Assembly: GCA_003344405.1 (NCBI GenBank)
Contig: NOWV01000226.1
Location: 62,001-109,863 of the forward strand
Origin: Trichoplax sp. H2
Taxonomy: Eukaryota
DNA length: 47,863 nucleotides
Reading direction: 5' to 3'
Shown: piece after piece, positions 14,081 through 26,340 of the stretch
Numbering within the stretch: the stretch's first letter is position 1
How the letters are laid out: each line of letters starts with the position of its first letter
Position numbers and translations under genes: made by a program
Notes under the pieces: model-generated
The model's input: the letters and a program-made list of their open reading frames with translations, nothing else
Databases searched by the model: none
Told to the model about the DNA's origin: nothing

Positions 14081-17000
14081 ATGTCCTATCGGAAGATTAA
14101 AGCAATCGGATTATCGCATGAATTAGTTGACGTACTATTGCAGCACAAGATCACTACTTGTAAGGTATAGCATGTAAGGTTAACTATTGATAGAGATGAT
14201 CAAGGACAGTTGTTGCCAACTTTTTACACGGTCGGTATGCATACCCCCATTAGTTGACGTTCTATTGCAGCACAAGATCACCACTTGCAAGGTATAGCAT
14301 GTAAGGTTAACTATTGATATAGATGATCAAGGACAGTTATTGCCAACTTTTTACACGGTCGGTATGCATACCCCCATTAGTTGACGTTCTATTGCAGCAC
14401 AAGATCACCACTTGCAAGGTATAGCATGTAAGGTTAACTATTGATACAGATGATCAAGGACAGTTGTTGCCAACTTTTTACACGGTCGGTATGCATACCC
14501 CCATTAGTTGACGTTCTATTGCAGCACAAGATCACCACTTGCAAGGTATAGCATGTAAGGTTAACTATTGATATAGATGATCAAGGACAGTTGTTGCCAA
14601 CTTTTCACACGGTCGGTATGCATACCCCCAAGATACTAGTGGAAAGGCTGTAAAGCAGAGAAATTGTTAATATGAAAATGGAGTTTATCTTGATGGATCA
14701 ATGACACTTTGAGTAGTATTCTTGTTATACGTATTCAACGGGTGATGTATTGTTGATGTGCCATGGATTAGAGCTATATAGTAATCCATACTCAATGGAA
14801 GTACCATGGATATAAAGCATAGCATAGAGTGCACAGTAGGTCGGAACCCATTTACTTTTACGGTATACGTAGGATTACAAATTGATTAGTTCACTCGTCA
14901 ATAGAAGTAGTTTGTTTTCTCAAATTTCTATTCATGATTTAGGTAAAGGCACTGATAGGCTACGTTTAGAGATCCGTTCACAAGTTTAAATAACTCATAC
15001 AATTCAATTAACCGTTATCTTGAATCAGAAAATTTGTATATGCAAATACTAGGATATTGTGAAGACTAACATTGGCCAACGATCTTCTATCCTAGGATAT
15101 TCTAGCATTGTCAAATGTCGAATTAATGAACATGACTGGACTCAGTTATCAGCATTCCAAAGATGTTATTCAATCTGCAAGTAGAAGTGTATCACCGAAT
15201 GCTCAAACTGTAGGTTTAGAGAAGTTGTTGCATTCATAGCCAATGCATGAATGATAGTAAAAAAGTTTGACAATTCATCTTCTCTTATCTCATCGCTATA
15301 GGCTGCCAGTTTATTCAATCCGATAGCATCAAAGTATCCAGCATACCTCTCTACTTCATTAAGTCCGTTAGATTGTGCCCTACGCGGTGGCTTACGCTTA
15401 TCAAATTTGACAGAGGTCAGTATACCCAGCATAATACGTATGCTATCTTATCTTCAACACGATTAACGCCCAATCCAACCACTAGTAAATTCGCCCTTGT
15501 TTTAAGACATAAATCAGTTGTATGAGACATTCAGAGTGAATATCATTGCTAGATTCAGTTACTCTATGTTACTACAGATGATAGAAACCTCATTCAAGGT
15601 GCTCAATCAGTATGAACGTGTATAGCATTTAATAAAGGCCTTACCCATCATGTGCAAGGATCATACCAGCAACCACGAATACGAGTTTATCTTATGAATG
15701 AAAATAAAGCATCTATAAACGATATTATTAAGGAATACATGCTTTGCAACTGATCATTACCTACAACTAAACAATGTATTGAAAAGAAATTTTTTCTATA
15801 TATCACAATCGAAGCTGGTAGGACCGCCTGGATCTGGTAAAACTCAATTCTGTATCATGCTCAGCATATTAGCAACTTTACCAAATGAAATGTTAGGTCT
15901 CGATGGTAGCACTATTTACATCGATACTGAAGCTTCATTTACAGCTGAGAGGTCATACAAATATCAAAGTTACAATTTATCTCTATCCTAATCTTAGGTA
16001 CTAATCTATTTTTAATTTAATTTATTTATTCTTAGGCTTGTAGAAATGGCTACGTGTAAATTTCCTGAATATTTTTCCAATAGGGAGCACTTATCTAAAT
16101 TAACACAACGAGTATGTGTGTCAGTACAACTTGAATCACGCAGTTTGGTCAACAGGCAAGCGTAGAGCAGTAGTGTGCTACAGATAATGCACTATAATCA
16201 ACAAATTTGTAGCCCTTTATACATCTCTTACATCATCAGCTTGTTAAAATCGTAATATAAACTTCTCCAGAAATGAAGATTCCTTTTTATAACGCAACTA
16301 TATATACATCAATTTCCGTGCTATTATAGATTACTCAGTTTAGAAGAGGACATAATCAAGCGAAATGTTAAACTAATTATCGTCGATTCTATAGCATCAC
16401 CTGTTCGAAAAGAGTTCGATCGCACAAGTTCGACTCAACGAGGACAAATTCTTTCAAAGCAAGCAGCTATCTTGAAGTATGTTTAATGACGAAAAATTGC
16501 CAAACCAATCATACTCAAGTAGATACTTATCTGATACATTATCGTTTGATCACTTTCGCAATATTGATTCAATACAATTTTAAATTTATATAGACGTATT
16601 GCTGAAGCTTTCTCGATTCCGGTAAATTGTAACTTTTTATTTAATATCAATTCGTTAGTAATGCAGCACATACAGTATAGTACAATCATAATATGTTAAA
16701 ATTGACCCCGGTATCTATTTAGATTATTATAACAAACCAGATCACAACCAGTTATAACCAGCGCAAGAACGATTCTATTAATGACGAAGATGTGTCTAAT
16801 ATTCAAGCAGATGATTCTAGTACTACAGCTTTTGAAGATCATAGACCACATATAATAGCCGCACTTGGTGAGACATGGGCACATAACGTAAACACTAGGC
16901 TATTTTTAGAGCCAATAGACGACACAAGAAAAAAGGTAAGAATAGCTTATGCTTATCGTACATTAAGTAATTCGATTGCCTGCACATAATTTTTAGGAGA

Positions 17001-17131
17001 CCCATACGTTTTAAATATTCGCAATTAAAACAATTTCTACGTTTTTCTAGATAACGATAATGAAGTCACCAGTAGCAGCTACGGCATCTTTAAATTATGT
17101 TATTGAATCTAAGGGTATCGTTGTAATTTAA
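14081..17131 (+). CDS. RAD51B: DNA repair protein RAD51 paralog B, ~345 aa, 9 exons: 14081-14164, 15096-15209, 15302-15415, 15815-15951, 16036-16155, 16330-16476, 16594-16621, 16723-16935, 17051-17131
   Basis: Exons join in frame (1038 nt). N-terminus MSYRKIKAIGLSHEL...ITTCK resembles RAD51B. Walker A GPPGSGKTQFCIMLSILATLP, YIDTEASFTAER, Walker B LIIVDSIAS, AFSIPIIITNQIT, IAALGETWAHNVNTRL, KSPVA. Intron 5 probably has a GC donor. Confidence 0.95.
14122..14629 (+). repeat. Near-perfect tandem repeat, 4 x 127 bp, spanning the RAD51B exon 1/intron 1 junction
   Basis: Units start at 14122, 14249, 14376 and 14503, each beginning ATTAGTTGACGT and ending GCATACCCCC, with only a few substitutions between units. 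Each unit is the last 43 nt of exon 1 plus the first 84 nt of intron 1. Confidence 0.97.
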
Positions 17132-20100
17132 ATTAGTCATTACGTAAACAAGATACAAGCGTTTAGCTATTCAAAGTTTTGATGTCAGCGAAAACCTGAC
17201 CATACTACTATTTTAATAATGCGGTTTATGAAATAAATATCTAACGCTAATGGAAAAAAATTACTAACTTCGCGCGACTCATTCTCAATTGAAAAGCATT
17301 TTTCTAGAGTACGCGTATTCAAACACAAATCTACTCTAATACTATTTCAGATTAAAATTTATCCATTAATTAATTATTTATGTTCAGTCTGCGTATATAC
17401 TTATTGATTAATATATTGTGTAAGTTGACAATGATTGTATATCCTGGAATTTCTGTCACTACATGTTTTCATATTGTACGTGGTATTGTGCCTCGTAATA
17501 AAATAATTTATACTTTTTTGCGTATGTTGTATCAATCGAATAGTAATGCCGTTGGTTTGAACAGTCTTGAATACGTATTTCAAGCTTAGCATGAAACCTT
17601 ACCTCATTGTAGAATTTATAACTTTTGTAACATAGGGATACCTTTGATGGTAATAACTAATAACGTGAGTCTAGGAAGTTTAACTATCTCCAGTACGTGC
17701 TTTAAATTTATAAGATGATTAATTTTAAAATATATTTAAAGAAATATACGAAGACTTTATTATTATAATATTATCAAATAGTTTTACAGGTATTTAAGAT
17801 CCCGATCTTACCAAATATATAGGTTGTTTAACTTCCTTTTCGTGATAGTATCATGTTTTACGTAGACATCCAAAAGTAGTCTAGTTACATAAACATTTAA
17901 TGTAGATAAAATACTAAAAATTAGATACTGAAGTGGTACAACATTTTCATTCCCGCAACTATAAAGTACGATAACTCTATAGCTAAGGTGATCATGAGGC
18001 CTATTATTTGAAATGCGCCAATAGCCTCATCAATTTTCTGAAATCTATTATTTCATGAATTATACATTTGATTAATTGAGATATTTTTTACTCACCAATC
18101 TTTCAAACAAACTTATACGGTATCTTCCCTCTTGTATTAGGATTAGGGTAAGGTGTTGATTTGAAATTAAGTTAGCTTCTAATTGAGAAATGAAGCGCGG
18201 TAATCTGAATACAATATTAATAGAACTATAACTAGCGGCTGCTAAATGAAGTTCATTCAGTAGCCCCTGCTATAACTAATATGCAACCGTTAAAACAAAT
18301 GAAATTTTAAGATATTTAAAACTCGTAACTATGTCGCGTAGTGTAAATTTAGTACAAAGTAAAGTTTCGAGGATAGTTTATTACTAGTCTGTTAGTCACT
18401 GATTAGGCTAGTTCAATGACTTTTTAAATCACATATACAACAATTCCATAGCTATTCTTTTCAATTTCAGAAATATGGTGTTTATCCAATTACCTATTGG
18501 AAGCCAATTTTATTGTCGCTATGACGAAATAGCGTACACTATTCGCATTTTAATCATTATCCTAACGGATCGCATCATGTACGATGTGTTAAGCAATCTA
18601 TGGTTTATGTTGGAATCTTACGTGGTGCAATTTTTAATTTGGATGTCACGCGAGTATTTTTATATAAATTTATTTTTTAAGGCGCAGACAACAGATTATT
18701 TTAAGCATGAAATAGGCATTCTAGGATAGGTTGGCATTTGTTAATTAGAATTTACGATTAATGTAATATCCTAAAGCTAACGGCAATCAGACAACTTTAC
18801 CGTATAGTATGGAAAGTATATGATATATACGGTATAGTATGTAAGTTATAATCTCGATTCATTTAAAGCTATTTCCTTATTTGAAATACCCAAAAGATGA
18901 ACAATTAATTACTTGTATAAGTCAAAACTAAACGCATAATACACTAGCGAAGATTTTATTTAAATGGTAAAATAATATTTTATACAAATTTAAGACGCTG
19001 TATGGAGAACATAGAATATTGAATTTAGGATCCTACTTAGATTTAGCCGAGTTTCAGTGTAAATTACAGTTGTATCTATAAATTGATCAATAAGGTGGAT
19101 ACAAGTATAAGTACGTATTTAATTGAGTAAAACTATGCCGATAGCATGCACTACTCCTATGTAATCATAAGCGTCGAAAAATGGTTAATAACTAAAGCTA
19201 TTACTTTTGCGTACATAAATAAACCATAGCATCAAATAAGTGGAGCGCATTAACAATTTAACACAGCAATCACGAATTCAGATCCATATATAACCAGCCC
19301 ATCACTGCATATAAGAGCTAAACCTGATAATTTCACCTTTACACGCACAGCCTTATTTTTTACGTCAACTTTTCTACGTATATGTAATACCGCAAAACAT
19401 ACTGACAGCATCATAAATTTAAGAGAAGAATTGATGCTAATCATTTACGTTTAGCGTTAATGTTAGCTTTGAATAAAGTTTGTAGAAATGTTTCATATTT
19501 TTTAGAGATCATTTAAGTACCGTACTAATTCAAAACACACTATGAAATCAACATGACAAAGTAAGAGCTACTTAATAAGAAAATAGAGAAGCTGTAACTA
19601 TACGATGGGATTAGTAGAACATAATATATCTTCAAAAATTATGTAATCGATTCATCTACAATTACTAATAAGGTACGATGATAGCTTGCTGAAATTCAAT
19701 TGGTGGTTGTTTTAAGTGGTAATTTAGGCCTAATTCATGAGATTTAATTTAACGAAAAGTAATCTTTCCAGTAGCTGGATACCACCACTATGCAAGGATT
19801 ACGTTATTAATTAAGGACCAGGTATAATAATTTAATGTACATATCTTGCCTGGTCACATACCGAACCTATGAATTGAAAGTTAATTATTTTGAAAGCATT
19901 ACTATTGGCAAATTTATTACGAACAACTTAGGATTACAAACAGCAATCGTATTTACTCTAATGCTGGTCTCTATTTCAATCTTTTAAATCAGTATCGGAA
20001 CTTGACATAATTCAGTTGTTTAAGTATTAGATACATAAAAATTGACTGTAAGTTGTGATTAAATGTAATCATTGATAACTAAGCTCTCTACTTCTTGTAT

Positions 20101-20729
20101 TCAAGTTGATCCAATTGACTTCTGTGAACGTTTGCAATATTCGAATACTCTACAGAAATCTTTCACTGGACGACTAAAGTCTATTAACGTCATCAGTCTT
20201 CCACAGCTATTGAAAGATTGAACTGTAGTGCAATTGATTAGAGAGTACAAGATTTACTAAGTGTGATTAACTTAACTAAATTTAAAATGACAGAATTACA
20301 AAACTTTGTTAATTAGTATTATACTCAAACGCTCCTTACATCACTTTTATACCGCGTATATTGCATATGACATCTACTGTCGAAGTTTTTACATAAGGGG
20401 TATAGAATTTCAACATTAATTAATAGCTATTGCATTAAGAGCAAAATTATTAGTAATGATTAACAAAAACTATCAACTGGTTTTTTTCCTATGAAAATGT
20501 TTACAGTTAATTATTGTTACTACATGGAGGAGCAGGATTAATGCTACAAACAGCAAAGCTCTATTTTTGCAAATGCGTGTTTGATATAAATGAAAGTGTA
20601 CGCACGTGCAAATATAGTAACATTATTAGATTAGCATATTATATACAAGTGAAGGCAACTAATCCATGTAATCAAATTATTATCTTGAAATTAAAGATTC
20701 TCTCGATAATATTTAATCAGTTGTTGCTA

Positions 20730-20992
20730 CCTCTTAACTATCGAGCCGTCGAATTATGCGCTATTTACACTAAAGAAAGAGCGAAAATTTATCATTTTCT
20801 GGTTCTACAAATAGCAAATACGTATCAGGAAGCATATATAGCAAAAGAATCTAGCTGCGAATTTTCTTTTAATGCATTGCTTTGTGTAGAATATGTACCC
20901 GTTCCTTTTAATTGTTGAGCGATCGAATTGTATGCTATTTTACACTAGAGAAAGAGTGAGAATTTTTTACTTTCTAGAACATTTACATTAGC
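20730..20992. repeat. Old degenerate direct repeat (~85 bp; copies at ~20730-20815 and ~20904-20992)
   Basis: GAGCCGTCGAATTATGCGCTATTTACACTAAAGAAAGAGCGAAAATTT aligns with GAGCGATCGAATTGTATGCTATTTTACACTAGAGAAAGAGTGAGAATTT, offset ~174 bp. Confidence 0.8.
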
Positions 20993-23635
20993 TTACAACA
21001 AAGTAATCTTAATTTAAAAATTAATGATACGTTTTTTAAAATAAAGCTCACGATCATTGTAATCTATCAAATTACAGCACTATACTTGTTTCAAGAGAGG
21101 TTGCAAATATTCACTGTTCACTAGCACATTTTAATTTTTTAAAATACTATTTTAATAATTAGGTGCTTATAACCGGGGAAAGGATGTCATACTGTACATA
21201 AGGGCATTTTAGAAACATATGTATAATGTACGGTATAATTCGATATTAGTACCGGTATTTCCTGACAAAAAGGTTATCAACAAATGCTTAGAATTATTAT
21301 GATATATGGTATCATATCCTTTCGGTATAACTAATGTAACAATCTACGGATAACTTAAAAGAGTTGAATTCACCGGATAGATCAAAGAGTCTTCTGTATT
21401 TATTTTGAAAGCAAGTTGAGGCAGATATACGGTATACCATACTGCACGTTTAAAGAAAAAATATGTTACTATCAATAAATAGGATATACTCTTTACAGTG
21501 CAGTAGTATTGTCGTGAAGTTTATTATATACTACGCTATATTTATTAGATTGTACGATGTAAGACTATATATAGTGTCGGTCAGTAATAGTACGGTTAAG
21601 ATTGTTTTTGTGTGTTTGCGCTAATTCGATAATATCTAAACTTAGTACGTTACAACTTGCTATTGTCACAGGTTACATAATAATACTTGTGATTGAATGA
21701 ATAATTATAGCATTCTACAAATGTAACATACACTTGTTAATTCTATGTGTTAATGGTGGATTGTACTGCGTTCACTAGCGAATTCACTGTTATAATACAA
21801 CCTTGTAATTATAATGCGTTGTAAGTGTGAACGGCGTACGTATATAAGCCGCCACTTTTCAATACAATAAAGAGAGAGTAGAGTTAGTAGTTAGTTTTAC
21901 AATAACTTCAACTACGTATTCAATTTCTTGTCTCTATGCTAAGTGAGAGTAGTACGAACTTTCAATACAGTTGTTAGTATTAACTCTAGATAGTAATACA
22001 CAAGAAAGTTGATTATTACGTTAGCCATTTGATATGATCCAACAAGGATTTTAGAAAATTTTTAACAATTAAGCTACAGTAACAAAAATATTCAAGTAAA
22101 ATAGCGCTTTAACTGCGTCATATTTAGGTCACTTTTTATGGTGAGTTTTTCAACGACAGTTCACCATGCACTTGGTTGTAGTCAAGCTAATGTATTTCGG
22201 AAATATCTTATAAAATTGTAACTGTATTAGCTGTGGTACTCAGAATTGATAAAATTGATGATGGTAAAGGTATTACTAACTTAAAACTGTTGATAAAGTA
22301 TCTCAAAAATGATATGACGTAAACGCTTCATATTAAACTTTTCTTTATAGCATAAATCTCCTACCGAAGATTAATTACTTAATCATTAAACTAAATGTCA
22401 TGTTGTTACTAATTGAGACTTTTTAATGAGAAAAATTAAAACTACGACAAGACAATTAACATTATGAATTTTCTGCCCCTGTTTATCCTCCCTGATGTCC
22501 ACCTACAGTACGACTCAAAGTGCTGAATATCTCCCACTATCAGGAGGTCACAGTAAACTTCACGTCTCTCTTAGACAAAACCGAACGCAAATTTTCCTGT
22601 AATTTCCTTGAACTTCGACGACATTTTAGGTGCCATCGAGGAATGTAATTTAAACCGTTAAGTTAAATGGGACTAATTCCACTAAAATGGTATTTCAATC
22701 CAAGTTATCAATTGAAATATCATTTTTAGGGAAATAAGTGCCGCTTATTAAAGTTACCTTTCGCAATGACGGTTGAGATATCCTTGAAAGTCCGCCGAAA
22801 TTGCGGGTAATTGATTCTGTCTCTAATCTTAATTTGCAAGCTCAGATGTTAACGTTGACATAACATTTAGCAAATCATCTAGCGTGGTGGAGGCAAATTT
22901 ATTGCATCTTCGCTAATTTATAGTGCTATAAAATATCAGTAATTAACTTTACAAGTTGCATTATTACCAATGTTTATCTGACAGTAAGTAATCATCGAAG
23001 TCAGCTCAAATTATTATTATCACCATAGTCATAAATGTATATAAGACTCCTCAAATTTGAAATAGTTACTGAAAGTTTGAAATTTGATTTTAAAATTAAA
23101 ATGTGATAAAAATTTGCAGTTTATAAATCAAATGGAGGACGGTAAATTAATTCTTTGAGGATTAAGTTAAATTAAAATCAAGATATATCATTGAGGTTTG
23201 TCGAAATTACGGTATTGAAAGAATCAACCGATCAATTTATAGTACAATTACAATAAAATTAGTTATCAGTACGGATAATATGATAAAGCTGTGCGCTAAT
23301 CTGTAAAATTATGTACAGCGTCATAGATAACGGCATTATCAATAAATACCAACTTACATTGTCTAATAAAATAAGATAAATACGGTATTTATCCACGAAA
23401 TTCACGGTACTGCCTGGCACAAATAGATAGCATATAGAAGTCAAAAAATAAATCAAGAGAAACATTTTCCACCTTTACGAAAGATGGGAATGGCAAAAAA
23501 CAACGACAACGGATATCGTAGTAAAATCTTCCTGGCTCTAAATATACAACTATTACAGTAATTCATTTAGTACAATTCACGGTAATCTTTGTGAGATAGA
23601 CTTTAGTATTTAGGGCTATCGAGATTAATTATCAA

Positions 23636-23666
23636 TATGCAAGTATTATGCAAGTATTATGTAAGT
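23636..23666. repeat. Short 11-bp tandem repeat (TATGCAAGTAT) x ~2.8
   Basis: tatgcaagtat tatgcaagtat tatgtaagt is read directly from the sequence. Confidence 0.75.
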
Positions 23667-25518
23667 GCGGAAAGTCATGAGCTAACAATATCAATGAGAT
23701 AAATTCTTCACAGAATGAATCCAATCTGTTAATTGACAAACATGACTAAGTTGTTAACGTACATGATTCATACATAAATATACGATTAGCCAACATTCCT
23801 TTTGCAACATAATTCATGCACCAGTAATTAGTATGAGAGTGACGAGAGACAAGAAGACTTTTAAATAATTGAAGGCTACAGCATCGAAGACATATCTATA
23901 CGTATATGTAAACTATACAATCCAAACTAAGATATAAGAAACATTTCTTGTTAAATTTTAAGTACATTGGTTTCATTAGTAAAATAGCTCTTAATAGATA
24001 TAATACGATTATATTATACTCGTATTATGAGTATTTAAAGATTAAACGCAGATCTAGACCTAGCTATTTATTCCATTTGTGCATATACACAACACTTGGA
24101 ATGATTGATTATTCGAAGCATAGAGTTGGAAAACAATTATGGAAAAAGTGGAGTGTTCATTTTGATGGGATTAAAAAAATGAGACTCTTAATAGTAATAA
24201 TGTAAAAGGTCAGGATCCCATGGTAGTTATGGTCACCCATCAACTATTGCATTCTCACTAAAGTTATAATAAATAGATTTACTGCAATAATATTACTGTC
24301 GATACTAGTTTATTGTGTTAGTCCCACTTATAATATTCATTTTATGGCGGTAATTACAAACACCGCATCTAACTGTTTACATTCCATGTGGATATCTTAT
24401 AATAATAAGCTATTGGAATGCATATGGCACGAAATTTTATCAAATCATCTTCTAGGAATTTAAATATCGTATGGTTTCATGGAAAGAGAGATTATACTAT
24501 TAAATCCAGTCAATTGTTATGATTTCTGAACGTGCTTTTGAGGTTCACATTTTATGCATTAATCGGTTACTAAACCACTCATAAGAAATTATTGATAAAT
24601 TGACCATATGTTCGAGCTATGTAACTCTAAATTCTAGGCTCTGATTTGTACTTAACGATAACAACACTAGTACAATATAAAATACAATATTGCAGGGTAA
24701 ATTTTTTTGTTCTCGGTCTTTATTTTTATTGTTCAATCAGAATAGGAATGATCTCACATTCAAGGCATAACTGCATACCATCAACATAAATTATAGATTA
24801 TGACAAAGTAGAAATATCGTGAATAGATTTAATATGCATAGTCAGTTGCCTTAGCAGGTAAATTACCTATACATCTGTTTGGTCTCTATTAATGCAAAGT
24901 ATGATTGCGCACTTGAAGTATTAAACGAATACCTTGAAAAATTAGTCCATACTTGATATCGTCTATCATTGACCTTATGATCTCACTATTGGCATGATAA
25001 ATTGTTCTTTCTTATTTAGGAAACTCAATACATGCATTACAAAGTTATTAAATTATCACGATTTTTCACCTATAACGTTACTAAATATCAATAATAGAGC
25101 TAATTCAATATTGTACTTCAGTCAGCGAATCCTCTCCAACAAATCCTATTAACAAAGTATTGAAAAAGAAGTGAGACGTAGTTAAGTTGTGTTATAAAGT
25201 TTCTGTAGAAGATAGAATTTAAAATTAGAACCGAATATTCGTTCGTTATGAAACTTAAAAATTGAAATTAAATGCTTAAAAGCTGTAAACTCAGGTGAAC
25301 TATTTCACTCTACTCAAGTAATTATACTTTCACGATGATGGTTTTTATATCATCGATGCAGTGGTTTTTGTAGTAGCTTCTACTAACTCACGCGCTGAAT
25401 CATTTCAGTTTACGATACATTCCAGTATAGCAATGCATGTCCATAGTTCAGTGTGCTGTATATACGTTATGATCAATCTCCGAAGAACTCGATTCCTAAT
25501 CGTAAAGGCATTGCAAGT

Positions 25519-25587
25519 CAACCTTGGAATTTTTGACAATCCTGGAATTGGCTAGTCAATCCTAGGATTGTCCAACCTTGGGAATTG
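25519..25587. repeat. Cluster of four related quasi-palindromic 14-15-mers, best copy CAATCCTAGGATTG
   Basis: CAACCTTGGAATTT (25519), CAATCCTGGAATTG (25537), CAATCCTAGGATTG (25557, perfect palindrome) and CAACCTTGGGAATTG (25573). Confidence 0.75.
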
Positions 25588-25749
25588 ATCATATCATATA
25601 TACCGAGTACAGAGATCGTCTACAGGATCTACTATATATTTTTAAAATAACGAAAATTTTGATGATTAGAACAAAAATAGGCAATAGTCTTTAAAGTGTA
25701 GAAGAGTAATAAAACGAGTAACTCTGTACTGATTCTGTGAGTCACCTTA

Positions 25750-26340
25750 TAGTACAGCATTTGCAATATAGCAACTACAATAACATACGAATAGCTAACT
25801 AAACTGTGGGCGTGCATACCGCACAGTATGTTTGACGGGAATAATGATCTTTACGTCTGCAAATTCGTCTGCAGTCTGCATTGAAAACTTTCCAGTACAT
25901 TTCTGCACACCCCGCTTAAAAAGGCTTATATTTACAGTACAGTTAATTTAATTTTTTTCTCTTAATTTTTTGTGACGCCATCATAATTGAAGCCCCTCCT
26001 ATTTCAGGAGAAAGATGCAAGAATGTTTAGATAGCAATGGGAATGATTTGAATTGGTTCACATGCGGTTTGCGGCAACTGAGTTTAATTGAGTAGCAAGT
26101 TGTGTAAGCTAGTAACTGATAGAATTGATTTCGAATCAGATTGCAATCAGTTGTGGAAGCAGGTAGAAAGATCGTCATACTACAGCTAATTGTTTCATTG
26201 CACACCCGTTGCACTACTAAGGTAGCTTAGTACACTATACTGGTACAGTCGTATACTGTACTTTATCGTAGTGGCTATTTCCGATTCTGTTCTCATTGTG
26301 GCTATTGCTTCTCCCAATTTATCATGAGTTGCAGGGTGGT
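25750..26340 (+). promoter_or_regulatory. Putative promoter/5' UTR exon region of the PLEKHH gene
   Basis: Locally higher GC with TACAGTA/TACTGTA motifs like the other promoter regions, and a strong donor GTG|GTAAGA at ~26339. The first coding exon is preceded by an acceptor (TATTTATTAG, ending 28640) 5 nt before the ATG, which implies an upstream non-coding exon. Inference only. Confidence 0.35.

Noticed and set aside
13547..14629. CRISPR-like appearance of the two repeat arrays
   Set aside because: The sequences between repeats are homologous rather than unique spacers, no cas genes are present, and the context is eukaryotic.
15166..17592. ORFs antisense to or just downstream of RAD51B (15166, 16483, 16696, 17380, 17401)
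   Set aside because: They are shadows of RAD51B exons/introns or 3' flank with no recognisable product.
20514..20918. 134-aa ORF in the intergenic region
   Set aside because: It starts at a non-ATG codon, overlaps a degenerate repeat and shows no recognisable domain.
22487..22547. Slightly GC-rich patch with an imperfect inverted repeat (CCTCCCTGAT...ATCAGGAGG), considered as a snoRNA or miRNA
   Set aside because: There is no proper C box (RTGATGA)/terminal D box arrangement and no long stem.
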